A stretch of DNA of 60,551 nucleotides from Pirellulales bacterium (GTDB lineage: Bacteria; Planctomycetota; Planctomycetia; Pirellulales; UBA7805). The stretch spans positions 1 through 60,551 of the forward strand of contig JASMGX010000001.1 in assembly GCA_030751095.1 (NCBI GenBank), in the 5' to 3' direction. Both the position numbers and the translations under genes were made by a program. Below are positions 36,802-46,488 of the stretch, piece by piece (the stretch's first letter is position 1; every line of letters begins with the position of its first letter). A model generated the notes under the pieces. The model ran no database searches. It worked only from the letters and a program-made list of their open reading frames with translations, and was not told the DNA's origin.

Positions 36802-38420
36802 TAGAGATCACCTCCGTTGGGTGATGGGTTTAAAGAGCGGTTGGCTTCACCTTCTTGAGCACTTGCCGACGGGCCGGGAGTTGCCGCCTCACCGGAAATC
36901 TGGATCCGCGCACCGTCCCGAAGCGACTCTGTGCCCGAAGCGATCACCCGGCTGGAACTGTTCAGGCCCCCCGTAATCGAAACCAGGCCTCCGGCTCCGG
37001 TCGGGCCAAGTTGTATCCTCGTTTTGCGGGCGACGTTTTGGGACTGATCGGCCACCCAGAGATACGGACCCTGGGAATCGCGTTGGATCAGTTGCGGCAG
37101 AACGTAGAGTTTGACTTCCTCCGTCTGCACCACCGCCTCAGGATCGCGCTCTGGTGCGAGGAACGTCACGTCGACAAGCATCTCCGGCTTGAACACCGGA
37201 GGGGGATCGGTGATCGCCACCTTCACCTGGAGTGTGTTTTTCTGGATGTCGGCCTCGGAGTTGATAAACAGTACCGTACCTGCAAGCGAAGAGGAGAGTG
37301 CCGGATTGTCGATCACCACCGGCTGCCCGGGCAGGACTTTGGGAATATCTTCAAAACGGACATCGACCCGCACCTGCAACATTTCAGGACGATAGAGCGT
37401 GACGATGGTGCGGCCGTCATGTCCCGCCATCTGTGCCATGGTGTCGCCCATGCGAGCACCGGGATGGGCAATCAAACGAAACACCCGGCCATCGATCGGC
37501 GAGCGGATCGTCATCCGGTCGAGCCGCAGCTTGGCTTCGGCAACGGAAACGCGGGCACGTTCCACGCGCGCAGCGGCCACTTTGACTTTGGAATCGGCAA
37601 CCTGCTTGATCCGGATTTCGTCGGCGAGAAGCTCCCGTTGCGTTTTAACGGCATCGCGCCGCTGCGAAAGAGCCTCCCGTTCCCGCTCGAGCGAGTCGGC
37701 CCGGTCCCGCAGCCCCTCGAGGGCGGCCAATGCAGAATCCTGCCTGGCCTTGGCAAGGTCGAGATCGACACTGGCAATAATATCTTTGACCTTCAGCTTG
37801 CTCCGATAATCCTGGCGCGTCGCTTCATAGTCGGCCTCGGCACGGCGAATCATAAAGGGAATGTTGCTGATCTGGGTGTCGGCGCGCGCGAGCGAAGCAT
37901 CTGCGTCACTCAAAGAGGCATCGAGGTGGACCGGCTGATCGTGCCGGACCTCGGCGGCCTGCAATGTCGCTTTGGCCGCAGTGAGATCGGCTTTGCGAAG
38001 TTCCAGGTCGGCCAGTTCGCGGCGATGGGCGAGTTGGGCATCCTCCTCGACAAGCAGGGCAATCGGCTCGCCGACGCGAACCGGTTGATCTTCGACCACC
38101 AGCAGTTTCTCAACGATCCCGGTTGCCAGGGCCGCAACGCGCACCGGAGTCGGCCGCGGCTCGATCCAGCCGGCTGCCTGAAACAAGGGAGTCCCCGCCT
38201 GCCGCATCTCCGCCGTGGTAGAAAACACCGGAACCACTTTCACCGACTGCGGAGGAAAGACAAAGTCCCACGACGCCCAGGCAACCAGACCGAGAAAACC
38301 GACGATCAAGATCCCGGGGATCACGTAACGGCTGAGCAGGTGCCGCCGGAGTGCACCGCTCGCGCGGGCCGGTTCGCTTCGATCGATTGCTAATTCTTTC
38401 AGGTCAACCTGATTGTCCAT
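36801..38420 (-). CDS. HlyD-family periplasmic adaptor (membrane fusion protein)
   Basis: 539 aa with an N-terminal TM ([19 protein letters not shown]), a lipoyl-like motif ([25 protein letters not shown]), long coiled-coil segments and a beta-barrel region. Confidence 0.85.
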   Translation of the reverse strand: MDNQVDLKELAIDRSEPARASGALRRHLLSRYVIPGILIVGFLGLVAWASWDFVFPPQSVKVVPVFSTTAEMRQAGTPLFQAAGWIEPRPTPVRVAALATGIVEKLLVVEDQPVRVGEPIALLVEEDAQLAHRRELADLELRKADLTAAKATLQAAEVRHDQPVHLDASLSDADASLARADTQISNIPFMIRRAEADYEATRQDYRSKLKVKDIIASVDLDLAKARQDSALAALEGLRDRADSLEREREALSQRRDAVKTQRELLADEIRIKQVADSKVKVAAARVERARVSVAEAKLRLDRMTIRSPIDGRVFRLIAHPGARMGDTMAQMAGHDGRTIVTLYRPEMLQVRVDVRFEDIPKVLPGQPVVIDNPALSSSLAGTVLFINSEADIQKNTLQVKVAITDPPPVFKPEMLVDVTFLAPERDPEAVVQTEEVKLYVLPQLIQRDSQGPYLWVADQSQNVARKTRIQLGPTGAGGLVSITGGLNSSSRVIASGTESLRDGARIQISGEAATPGPSASAQEGEANRSLNPSPNGGDL

Positions 38421-38429
38421 GATGATCTA

Positions 38430-39014
38430 TCAATCCTGTTTTACAAAGATGTGTGTGGCAAGGATGGTGAGGTTGCCGGTCTTGTCCCGTTCGGCTTTGC
38501 CTTCGACGACGACCGTCGAAAGTTCCTTCACGCCAAGCAATTGACGCGCATCCTCTTTGACGAGATTGCCCTCACCATCGACGACTTTCACCAGGGCGGT
38601 GCCCGTCGGCAACTTGTCTGTCTCACAACAGTAATCCCAGGGAATGGGGCAGGCGTCTCCGGGGATATCGCTGCACGCCTTGAGCGACCGGTCGACGATA
38701 CTGAACGCCGCCCGGTTTTCAATCCAGGGGTTGGCGCTGCCACCGATGCGGCCCACAACCACGACCGGTTCACCGCTCTTGGCCGTTTCCCGAGCGCCAA
38801 TGACATCGTTCGCCTTCGGCGGTTCCTGGCCTAAAATATATTTTAGCCCGCCAGCCGACGGGGTTGGCGCGGCCGTCTTACCGCTCTCCTGCGAGCAACC
38901 GACCACAAAGAACAGGCCCACGATCGCGAAACTAATGATTGCACTTCTCACTGTATTGACTCCTTCAAAAATTGTTGTGTTCCAGCGGCTTCGTACCGCC
39001 GGCGAAAATTCCAT
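38430..39014 (-). CDS. Lipoprotein of unknown function with a Cys motif, embedded in the efflux operon
   Basis: Lipobox LFFVVGC. The ATG at 39014 overlaps the upstream permease stop (ATGA). An alternative GTG at 38951 is preceded by GAAGGAG 8 nt upstream. Cys motif: KACSDIPGDACPIPWDYCCETD. The 386-aa track ORF extension overlaps the permease gene and is Arg/Gly-rich, so it is rejected. Confidence 0.6.
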   Translation of the reverse strand: MEFSPAVRSRWNTTIFEGVNTVRSAIISFAIVGLFFVVGCSQESGKTAAPTPSAGGLKYILGQEPPKANDVIGARETAKSGEPVVVVGRIGGSANPWIENRAAFSIVDRSLKACSDIPGDACPIPWDYCCETDKLPTGTALVKVVDGEGNLVKEDARQLLGVKELSTVVVEGKAERDKTGNLTILATHIFVKQD

Positions 39015-40177
39015 CAAACCGATTTGAGCCCGTCTACGACAGGCATCCGCAAAGCCCGCACGGCCGGGTAGATTGCACCGCCGAAACCGAGCAGCAAACT
39101 CACACCACAACCGATCAATATCGCCATGCTGTCGACGCGGAGCGCAAAGGCACCCATCGTGAACCGCACGGCAACGCCGTTGACAAATACCAAAGCGAGT
39201 ACCGCCGCAAGCAAACTGGCGGCGGCCGAAAGCAGCAGACCCTCCTGGATCAGGCTCACGACGACCGCCCGGCGGACAAACCCGATGGTCTGCAGTGTGG
39301 CGAGTTCCGAGGTCCGCCCCACCACCGATCCGTACATCGTGTTCATGCCGGCAAAAATACCCGCACCGGCGAGCAACAGCACAACCAGCCATGCCAAGCT
39401 GCGAACCGGGCCATAATCTTTTTGGAGCGATTCGTAATACGCCGTCTCCTCCATCGTCTGCAATTCCAGATCGAGTCTCTCCTTGCAAAACAGATCGAGG
39501 TCCGCAAAGTCCCCCTCCGGAGCGAGCGTCACGACAACGAGGCTCAGGTCCTGCCGCTTCATCGCCTGCTGCAGACCGTCGAGCCGGCACCAGATCTCCG
39601 ACTCGAACGCAGACCCGCCCGCCGAAAAAATACCGCTGATCTGCCAGGTCCGGCCCTCGAGGCGGAGCGACTTTCCGATAGCCATCTCTTCGGGTGCCGC
39701 GCCGAGTTTTGCTGCCGCGAGCCGGCCGACCATCACCTCCCCCGGCCCGGGCCAGGTCCCTTTAAAGAGATCGAAACTCCGGCGAACCAGCACCGAAGAT
39801 CGCGTCACGCCACGGACCAGTCCCATCGACGACTCGCGGTCCCCCACGCCGACCTGGGTCCCGAGATACAACTCGGGGGAGACATACTTCTTTCCATATC
39901 GCTCCTCGATACCCGCGACACTGGCCGGAACCAGGTCGCTCGTTCGCATCGGGATCGACGAGTATTCGAGATTTTCACCCATTCCGAGCGAAAGGATCAC
40001 CGCCGCGCGCGGATCGCCACTGACGGCCAAGGACCGCTCGAGCCCGCGGATGAACCCGACGACGACGAACACCAGCACGATCACCGTGGTCAGACCCGCG
40101 AACGTAAGCGTGGTTCGCAGCGGGCGACGAAAAAGGTTTCGAATTGCATACTCCCAGGGGAGCAGGTGAAAAAACAT
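39014..40177 (-). CDS. Second, distinct ABC transporter permease, FtsX/MacB-type
   Basis: 387 aa ([41 protein letters not shown]...) with the same 1 TM + periplasmic domain + 3 TM layout as 34915-36057 but clearly divergent sequence. First gene of the operon. Confidence 0.85.
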   Translation of the reverse strand: MFFHLLPWEYAIRNLFRRPLRTTLTFAGLTTVIVLVFVVVGFIRGLERSLAVSGDPRAAVILSLGMGENLEYSSIPMRTSDLVPASVAGIEERYGKKYVSPELYLGTQVGVGDRESSMGLVRGVTRSSVLVRRSFDLFKGTWPGPGEVMVGRLAAAKLGAAPEEMAIGKSLRLEGRTWQISGIFSAGGSAFESEIWCRLDGLQQAMKRQDLSLVVVTLAPEGDFADLDLFCKERLDLELQTMEETAYYESLQKDYGPVRSLAWLVVLLLAGAGIFAGMNTMYGSVVGRTSELATLQTIGFVRRAVVVSLIQEGLLLSAAASLLAAVLALVFVNGVAVRFTMGAFALRVDSMAILIGCGVSLLLGFGGAIYPAVRALRMPVVDGLKSV

Positions 40178-40218
40178 GGTTCGTATACAAAGGGTACGCG
40201 TTCTTTTCGAGGGGAAAA

Positions 40219-40248
40219 TTTTTAGCGGGCTTTTTCAGCCGCTAAAAA
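40219..40248. promoter_or_regulatory. 10-bp perfect inverted repeat TTTTTAGCGG-N10-CCGCTAAAAA between the Cys-rich ORF and the efflux operon (terminator or operator candidate)
   Basis: Read directly from the sequence. Lies 42 nt upstream of the permease ATG at 40177 and 84 nt downstream of the stop at 40332. The A/T runs flank a short GC core. Confidence 0.3.
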
Positions 40249-40331
40249 ACGACAATCGAGCGCAGAGGCGTTGATCCACACGAGTCCGCATCTTGTTGGG
40301 TGCTCAGTGCGTCACGTCGCTGCGCGCACCG

Positions 40332-40754
40332 TTAGAGCAGAAGTGCTCGATAGAGAATGCACCGGCTTTGGCCCGAATCGGCCACGCCAACATCGGGCGG
40401 ATGGGCAGAGAGTTCACTTGAAGCGCCGGGTAGGGTGGCCAACTCGTCCGCCACAAGCTGCCAAATTCCGGTGCTCTGTAGCTGCTCTGTCAGGAGGCTG
40501 TCACTCGATCCCACCAGGGCACCACTGCAGATGCACTGGCAGTCCCCGGAGTCACCCGGCGCAAGCGGCGCGGTAGAATGCGGGTCGGAACCATCCTCTG
40601 CGCTGCGCTCTTGCGAGGCGCTGCAGAGGGAGCAGGCCTGCGGCAGCGTGCAGCAGGAATCGCTCGACGTACAGAGGCCCGCGAGACAACGGAGCGGGCA
40701 GGTGACGATCGCCGCGATCAAAAACAGGTTTAAAAGGGTGCGTATCATATTCAT
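40332..40754 (-). CDS. Hypothetical secreted or membrane-anchored Cys-rich protein (11 Cys)
   Basis: ATG start and hydrophobic N-terminus (MNMIRTLLNLFLIAAIVTCPLRCLAGLC). Cys clusters SCCTLPQACSLCS and DCQCICSG. Third-codon positions look GC-rich. The overlapping plus-strand ORF looks less protein-like. I recognise no family. Confidence 0.45.
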   Translation of the reverse strand: MNMIRTLLNLFLIAAIVTCPLRCLAGLCTSSDSCCTLPQACSLCSASQERSAEDGSDPHSTAPLAPGDSGDCQCICSGALVGSSDSLLTEQLQSTGIWQLVADELATLPGASSELSAHPPDVGVADSGQSRCILYRALLL

Positions 40755-41090
40755 GGACCTCTACGGAGCATTATATTTGGCAGGCCCTGCATTGGCAAAC
40801 TCGATTATCGGGTCATTTCGTCGATTTGGCCAGTTTTCACGTCTTATTATCGTCTGAAAAAAGCCGCTGGAACTGACACCCGGCAGCGACCGATCGGATC
40901 GGTAGGGTGCCGCGCAAAGCGAAACGCGTTGCAAGAGAACAATCGACCTTGCCGACATGTTTGCCGGGGAGACATTTGAGGTGGTTGCAGACATTTTTTG
41001 CGCCCCCTACACTGCACTGGGCAGTTTTTGCGGGCCCAACCCATTTAACATCCGTACCACAAAACCCTATATGCATAGAGAGTCTGTCCA

Positions 41091-41603
41091 ATGCTAAAGC
41101 ACACTTTGCTAATTGCGTTTTTCGTTCTGCTTGCCTCCTGCAATTCCCAAGCTCCGCTCCATGCCGCAGAGAGCCCGAGCGATGTACTCTCTCGAGCTGT
41201 TGGAAGTTGGACCTACACCTATAAGATCACCGTGCCCACAAAAATGACCTTCACCGGAGAAGAGACTGGAAAGTGGATTCTCGGCAAAAAGTTTCTCCAG
41301 TCCAATACGACACTGAGCAATGGCGACACCCAACTCGGCCTTGCGAATTACAGCAAGGAAGCGAAGACCTTTTTCTTCTGGACCTTTAAGAGCGACGGCA
41401 GTTTCCCACTCGGGGCCACGACCGGAACGTGGGATGAAGATTCCGAGACCATGACACTTGAGGGTGAGTATCTTGGAGGTTTTAGCTTGACCGGTTTCTA
41501 TCGTTATCCGGATGCCGATCAGGTCGAGTTCGAGATGGAACTCATGTCGCCCGACGGCACCGTGGTATTCGCCATGTCGGCCACCGGGACCCGAAAAAAG
41601 TAA
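41091..41603 (+). CDS. Small lipoprotein, possibly DUF1579-like (lipocalin-like beta-barrel); function unknown
   Basis: Lipobox LLASC, and a 170-aa beta-rich sequence (WTYTYKITVPTKMTFTGEETGKWILGKKFLQ...). The next gene starts 4 nt after its stop. Confidence 0.55.
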   Translation: MLKHTLLIAFFVLLASCNSQAPLHAAESPSDVLSRAVGSWTYTYKITVPTKMTFTGEETGKWILGKKFLQSNTTLSNGDTQLGLANYSKEAKTFFFWTFKSDGSFPLGATTGTWDEDSETMTLEGEYLGGFSLTGFYRYPDADQVEFEMELMSPDGTVVFAMSATGTRKK

Positions 41604-41606
41604 CCG

Positions 41607-42908
41607 ATGCACAATCCGAACGGCAACCTGCGCCTTTGCCGCACCGTAGCACTCGGGCTGGTGCTGCTGCTCGCTCCGGAGAAGGCAGATGCCGAGCCAT
41701 TCGTTTTCAAAGATCAGGAACTCTCGTTCCAGTTGCTCCGCGTGATCGGCGCGACCGCCAGCGGCGGCGCGGACGTCGGCGAATGCCTCGTCGCCGCCCG
41801 CAACACCAAACCGGGCAGCGACGAGAGCTGGTACGAGGCGTGGCACAAAAAAGCAGACGAGCTGGACGGACAGGCAAAGGCATTTCTCGCCGCCGGCCAC
41901 CGGCAAAGTGCCCGGGAGGCTTTTTTTCGTGCCTGCAACTACTACCGCAACGCAGAATTTTTTCTGCATGCCGATCCGCACGATCCGCGAATCCTCAAAA
42001 CCGCACGCAGGAGCCGCGATGCGTTTTTGCAGGCGGCCCGCTTGAGCGAAACCCCGATCCGGCCGGTCAGGATTCCCTTCGAAGGCACTACACTTCCGGG
42101 ATACCTCTGCCTCGACGGCTCGGGTCAAAAGAAACCGCTCCTGCTTGCACAGACCGGATTTGACGGGACAGGCGAAGAACTTTATTTTCAGATCGCCCGC
42201 TTCGCAAACGAACGGGGCTACCACTGCCTGATCTTTGAGGGACCCGGGCAGGGGATGGCGCTCCGCGAACAAAATCTGCTCTTCCGTCCCAACTGGGAGA
42301 CGGTCGTGACGCCGGTCGTCGATTTTGCCCTCAAGCAACCGGAGGTGGAAGGTAACAAGATCGCGCTCATCGGGTACAGCATGGGCGGGTATCTGGCGCC
42401 CCGGGCGGCTGCTTTTGAACCGCGAATCTCCGCGCTGATCGCCGACGGCGGGGTTTTTAATTTTCATGCCTCCACGGTCGCCGATCTGGGGCCAAACGTC
42501 GAGGCGATACTCGACGACCCGCAGCAGGCGAAAGTGCTCGACAAGGACATTCTCGCGGCAATGCCCAAGAACACGAAGGCACGGTGGTTCTTTAACGACG
42601 GGATGTGGAAGTTCGGCGCAAAGACTCCCAGTGCGCTGCTGCGGAAAACGCGGCCCTACAACCTCAAGGAGTGCGCGGATAAAATCGGCTGCCCGACACT
42701 CATCATCGACGGCGAACTCGATACGCTGATCCCCGGTCAGGCCAAAAAACTCTTTTCGGTCCTAAAATGTCCCAAGGACTATCATCTGTTCACGGCCGAA
42801 GAGGGTGCCGGCAGCCACTGTCAGGTCGGGGCGTGGCTGCTCTCGAGCGAGGTGATCCTCAACTGGCTGGACCGAACGTTTGCCTGCAGTAACGACCGGT
42901 CCGAGTAA
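41607..42908 (+). CDS. Secreted alpha/beta hydrolase (FrsA/DUF1100-like or peptidase S9-like fold)
   Basis: Signal peptide, nucleophile elbow GYSMGG, and later conserved D and H candidates (IIDGELDTLIP, GAGSHCQ). Confidence 0.75.
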   Translation: MHNPNGNLRLCRTVALGLVLLLAPEKADAEPFVFKDQELSFQLLRVIGATASGGADVGECLVAARNTKPGSDESWYEAWHKKADELDGQAKAFLAAGHRQSAREAFFRACNYYRNAEFFLHADPHDPRILKTARRSRDAFLQAARLSETPIRPVRIPFEGTTLPGYLCLDGSGQKKPLLLAQTGFDGTGEELYFQIARFANERGYHCLIFEGPGQGMALREQNLLFRPNWETVVTPVVDFALKQPEVEGNKIALIGYSMGGYLAPRAAAFEPRISALIADGGVFNFHASTVADLGPNVEAILDDPQQAKVLDKDILAAMPKNTKARWFFNDGMWKFGAKTPSALLRKTRPYNLKECADKIGCPTLIIDGELDTLIPGQAKKLFSVLKCPKDYHLFTAEEGAGSHCQVGAWLLSSEVILNWLDRTFACSNDRSE

Positions 42909-42938
42909 ACAGTACCGCGCAGGGAACCGCAGGCCGAC

Positions 42939-43751
42939 TCATCCGAAGAGCGGCGCGATGGTCGCATTCTTTTTGTGGATCAGCAGCCGGCTGCTCTCGG
43001 GAACCTCCTGCCAGTGGTCGACCACCTCGTCGAGCGGCTCGGACAATACAAGATACCCGGTCTTCGGAAGTTCGATCGGCCCGCCGTCGCCGGCCATGAG
43101 CACAACGTCCGGTGTGCTGTGGTAGAGAGAGGGCTGTTTACCAAAACTCGCATACCGGGCGGCATACAAACTCTCTCCATCCGCGACCGCTACGGTCATG
43201 TGGAAAGACTCTTTTACACCCGCCGCCTCGCGGGCCGCCTCGACCCGCTCGATCATGCGGCAGAGGCCGCCAAACGGATCGTCCTGCATCCCGAGCGTGA
43301 GGGCGAGCAAGAACATTGTCTCGGTGTCGGTCTGTCCGATCTTCTCGCCATAGAGATCGGCATCGATCTGCATGTCCAGCTCGTGCTTGATCTTCTCAAA
43401 CTCCCCGATCGCACCGTTGTGCCCGAAGAGCCAGTTGCCGTGCCGGAAGGGATGGCAGTTGCTGCGGACCACCTCGCTGCCGCCCGCCGCGCGGATGTGA
43501 CCGAAAAATAGAGGAGAACGGATGTGGGCGGCGATACTCGATAGGTTCCAGTCGTTCCAGGCGGGCCGCGTATCGTGGTAGACGCCCGGGGTCGACCGGT
43601 CGGTGTACCAGCCGATTCCGAACCCGTCGGCGTTCACCTCAAACGTCGCCTCGCGGGCATGCCGCGACTGGACCAGCAGCGAATGTTCCGGTCGCAAAAG
43701 CAACTCATCGAGATAAAGCGGCGGTCCGCTATAAGCCACCCAACGGCACAT
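42939..43751 (-). CDS. Class II (Ntn) glutamine amidotransferase, YafJ/EgtC-like
   Basis: Trimmed to the ATG at 43751 so that Cys follows Met (MCRWVAYSGPPLYLDELLLRPEHSLLVQS...), as the Ntn catalytic Cys requires. Motifs NADGFGIGWY, NCHPF and FGHNGAIGEF. Confidence 0.8.
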   Translation of the reverse strand: MCRWVAYSGPPLYLDELLLRPEHSLLVQSRHAREATFEVNADGFGIGWYTDRSTPGVYHDTRPAWNDWNLSSIAAHIRSPLFFGHIRAAGGSEVVRSNCHPFRHGNWLFGHNGAIGEFEKIKHELDMQIDADLYGEKIGQTDTETMFLLALTLGMQDDPFGGLCRMIERVEAAREAAGVKESFHMTVAVADGESLYAARYASFGKQPSLYHSTPDVVLMAGDGGPIELPKTGYLVLSEPLDEVVDHWQEVPESSRLLIHKKNATIAPLFG

Positions 43752-43889
43752 ACTTTTTCTCACTCCTCGGTCTGGAATTCACTCGGCCCGCTCGAGGCCG
43801 AGCTGGCTGATAAAAATTTTAGTCGCGGGATCCTTTTGGGCAATGGCGGCAGAGCAGACAATTTTTTATCCGAAACACAAAAGCTCCAC

Positions 43890-44846
43890 TCAGGTGAGCA
43901 GTTTTTTGACAAGCTGCCCCAACGCGGCCCGCTCCCGCGAGGGGCCGAACAGCGGCAATCGAGTCGCCACGGCCCTGCGGAGGGTGCGGTAGAAACGGGC
44001 ATCCTGCTCGCAGCGGAGCATGAGCGCACCGAGCTGCTCCGTGTTTTTCAAATCAAAATACCCCGGATATGCCGGACCGAGCATCCCGACATTTCCCAAA
44101 ATACGGCTCGCAAGCACAGGCACCCGGTCGGTAACCGCCTCGGCAATCACATTGGCCCCCCCCTCAATGAGCGAAGAGACGACCAGCACCCGGCTGCGGG
44201 CCAGAAGCTGCCGCGCCCGCCGGCGGGGAACCTCGCCCAGGTAGCGGTAGCGGCGATTGCGTTCCATTTCGCGCTCGGCGCGCTGTAGGAGTCCGCGGGA
44301 AAGGGCCGCCCCGAACTGGGTGATGCGAATCCGCGATTCTGCCGGCAACCGCCGCGCCGCAAGCGCCGCGCGGAGGGGATCTTTGACGCTCCTGAGGTGG
44401 CCCGAGACAGAGATCTCAAAAGACCGCTTCAGCGGCACGGCCGCAGCAGCAAAGGGGCGGCACGATTTGTAAATCACCTCCGTTTTTTTCCGCAACTTGG
44501 CGGGCAAATTTTGAAGGGCCTCGTCGTGATAGACCACCAACTGCTCGGCCGCCGCAACCGCATCGCGGGAGGTGGGACTGGTCATCAAATCGCCGTAGAG
44601 ATCGGTACCGGTCAGCAGCAGGACGGTGGGCCGCCGCGGATAGCGGCGAACAAAATCCAAAAGTGCCGCTCCGCTCTTGCGGGCATGCAGCGCAACGAGC
44701 AGGTCGGCGGCATGAGAATCGATCTTCTCAGCGAGCGTAACGCGATGGCCCAAAGCGCGGAAATGGCCCGCATACCGCTCGGCCGTCACCCGGTTACCGG
44801 AGCTGCAGGTCTTGGCGGCCGGGGTCACGATCAAAATTCGAGCCAT
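43890..44846 (-). CDS. GT-B glycosyltransferase resembling the TIGR04348 / SenB-like family
   Basis: Trimmed to the ATG at 44846 (MARILIVTPAAKTCSSGNRVTAERYAGHFRALGHRVTL). From memory, the SGNRVTA...LGHRV N-terminus is characteristic of that family rather than ordinary GT4. C-terminal EGGANVIAEA motif. The track extension overlaps the neighbouring gene and is Arg-rich. Confidence 0.6.
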   Translation of the reverse strand: MARILIVTPAAKTCSSGNRVTAERYAGHFRALGHRVTLAEKIDSHAADLLVALHARKSGAALLDFVRRYPRRPTVLLLTGTDLYGDLMTSPTSRDAVAAAEQLVVYHDEALQNLPAKLRKKTEVIYKSCRPFAAAAVPLKRSFEISVSGHLRSVKDPLRAALAARRLPAESRIRITQFGAALSRGLLQRAEREMERNRRYRYLGEVPRRRARQLLARSRVLVVSSLIEGGANVIAEAVTDRVPVLASRILGNVGMLGPAYPGYFDLKNTEQLGALMLRCEQDARFYRTLRRAVATRLPLFGPSRERAALGQLVKKLLT

Positions 44847-44877
44847 CTGGTCTGTTCTGCCTTGCGGGGTGTCGGGA

Positions 44878-46374
44878 TCAGCGGGGCCGCGGGCCGCGCG
44901 GTGGCGGGCCGCGATGCTGCGGGCGCTCGCTTTCCTCCAGATAGCCGTCCCGGTTTGTATCGAGCCGATCAAACGCATCGGGCGGCCCGTCGAATTCCTT
45001 GCGGGAGACGCGGCCGTCCGCGTTTCGATCGAGGCGCTGCACGAACCCCGGCTGCCTGCGATCGCTGCCGCGCGGCTCTGCCCGAGAGCGACCCGGTCCG
45101 GAACGCTCCGCAACAGGCGGGCCACCGGTACGCACGCTCGCCACACCGCCACGGACCGGGCGGACCATGTTCTCAATACCGATCACATCACCCTGCGGTC
45201 CGCGACCGCGGGGGAACCGGGACGCATCGCCCGCCTTCGGGTCGCTCCGCTGCGAGCCGGCACCGTGGACATCGAGCAACTCGTACCCACCGCTCCGCGA
45301 CCGCATCCACCCCTGCGAACGGCCAAAGGCGACGTATGCCGCTGCCGCACCGGCTCCGTCCCGTTTGTGGGTGGTGCTGCTCCAGTAAAAGGGATAGTTG
45401 CGATTCCCGGCCGGATCGCGAATCGGGGTGACGCGGAACTTTGGATCGATCGCCGGTGAGCGACTCGCATCGGGCGAACGGGTGTAATCGACAATACTCT
45501 GTAGCTCCTTGATGTTGGGCAACCGCCAGTCGGAATGTCCGGCGTATTGGAGGTTTTCGGCCCAACGGAGCGCTTCTTCCCAGTTCATCTTGCCATCCCC
45601 CCTTGCGCCTGCCCGCAGATGGCCACTGTCGTTCTGTGCCCACATCAATCCGGTAGCGCGGTCGGTGATTGTTGCGTCTCCGTTGTCCAAAAAATCGTTC
45701 TTGCCATATTTCGGATTGCCCCGGACATAAAAGACATAATATCCCTTCTGCGGCCCGCCCCGCCGCACCGAGCCGGTCGGATAGCCTTTGATCCGCCCAT
45801 CGGCAAAATTGACACCGAACATCGTTTTGTTCCCGTGCATCGTGGTGCTGACATATTGGGTCGAGCTGGCCATTTGCGAATCAATGATCCGCTCGCCCTT
45901 TGCTCGGTTGCCGTAGACGAAGCCAAAATAGTCGGTGTCGATAAACGGTTTGAGACGTGCGGTGTCGGTGACCTGATGGCCCACATCCTCGCCACTGTAG
46001 AGAATCAAGGAATAGAGTTCCTTAATACTCGGCAGCCGCCAGTCGTCGTAACCGCCTTCTCGGCAGCGGCGGGCACCGGCAACGGCCTGGGAAAATGTCT
46101 TTTTCGAACCCGGATCTTTTTGCCACATCAGCCCGGTCACCAGATCGCTGATCGTGCCGTCGCCGTTATCGCGATAGGAAGGTACGTGGCCCCGGTACTG
46201 CGCATCCTGACCGAAAAAAGGTTCTCCCGACTGCGGATAGCGGATTTCCTCGCGGTTGCCGAAAGTCCGCTCCTGTTGCGTATCGACGATGGGGTAATTT
46301 TCGGCCAGAGACTCCGAGGTGAAAAAGAGAGCCACCACGAGAAAGAATCGGTGAGACGTTGTCCAAAAACCCAT
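44878..46374 (-). CDS. Secreted DUF1566 (Lcl C-terminal-like) repeat protein with C-terminal EF-hand pair
   Basis: Signal peptide, two DUF1566-like units (DWRLPSIKELYSL and DWRLPNIKELQSI), and EF-hand loops DRNADGRVSRKEF and DTNRDGYLEESE. Confidence 0.75.
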   Translation of the reverse strand: MGFWTTSHRFFLVVALFFTSESLAENYPIVDTQQERTFGNREEIRYPQSGEPFFGQDAQYRGHVPSYRDNGDGTISDLVTGLMWQKDPGSKKTFSQAVAGARRCREGGYDDWRLPSIKELYSLILYSGEDVGHQVTDTARLKPFIDTDYFGFVYGNRAKGERIIDSQMASSTQYVSTTMHGNKTMFGVNFADGRIKGYPTGSVRRGGPQKGYYVFYVRGNPKYGKNDFLDNGDATITDRATGLMWAQNDSGHLRAGARGDGKMNWEEALRWAENLQYAGHSDWRLPNIKELQSIVDYTRSPDASRSPAIDPKFRVTPIRDPAGNRNYPFYWSSTTHKRDGAGAAAAYVAFGRSQGWMRSRSGGYELLDVHGAGSQRSDPKAGDASRFPRGRGPQGDVIGIENMVRPVRGGVASVRTGGPPVAERSGPGRSRAEPRGSDRRQPGFVQRLDRNADGRVSRKEFDGPPDAFDRLDTNRDGYLEESERPQHRGPPPRGPRPR

Positions 46375-46435
46375 TACGCTCTGTTCCTTGGAATAACCGA
46401 AGCGACACCAGTGAGTCTAGCAGACTCCGTTTTCT

Positions 46436-46467
46436 TTTGAAAACAATCGGGCCGCGCCGCTCGCGGC
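46436..46467 (-). terminator. Candidate intrinsic terminator after the metallophosphoesterase gene
   Basis: Minus-strand RNA would fold as GCCGCG-AGCGG-CGCGGC, followed by CCGAUUGUUUUC. Lies 22 nt downstream of the stop at 46489. Confidence 0.4.
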
Positions 46468-46488
46468 ACATTGCCAGATGCCGGGGCT

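Noticed and set aside
38952-39590. N-terminal extension of the 386-aa ORF-track entry for the lipoprotein gene
   Set aside because: The extension overlaps the permease gene 39014-40177 in another frame and is Arg/Gly/Cys-rich. The lipoprotein signal peptide and the ATGA coupling at 39014 explain the real gene.
44847-45176. N-terminal extension of the glycosyltransferase ORF, and likewise the extensions at 19370-19516, 2235-2597, 55403-55585 and 30864-31031
   Set aside because: These extensions overlap the 3' ends of upstream genes, are Arg-rich, and in several cases begin with TTG/GTG. Internal ATG codons coincide with stop/start overlaps or with the expected N-terminal motifs.
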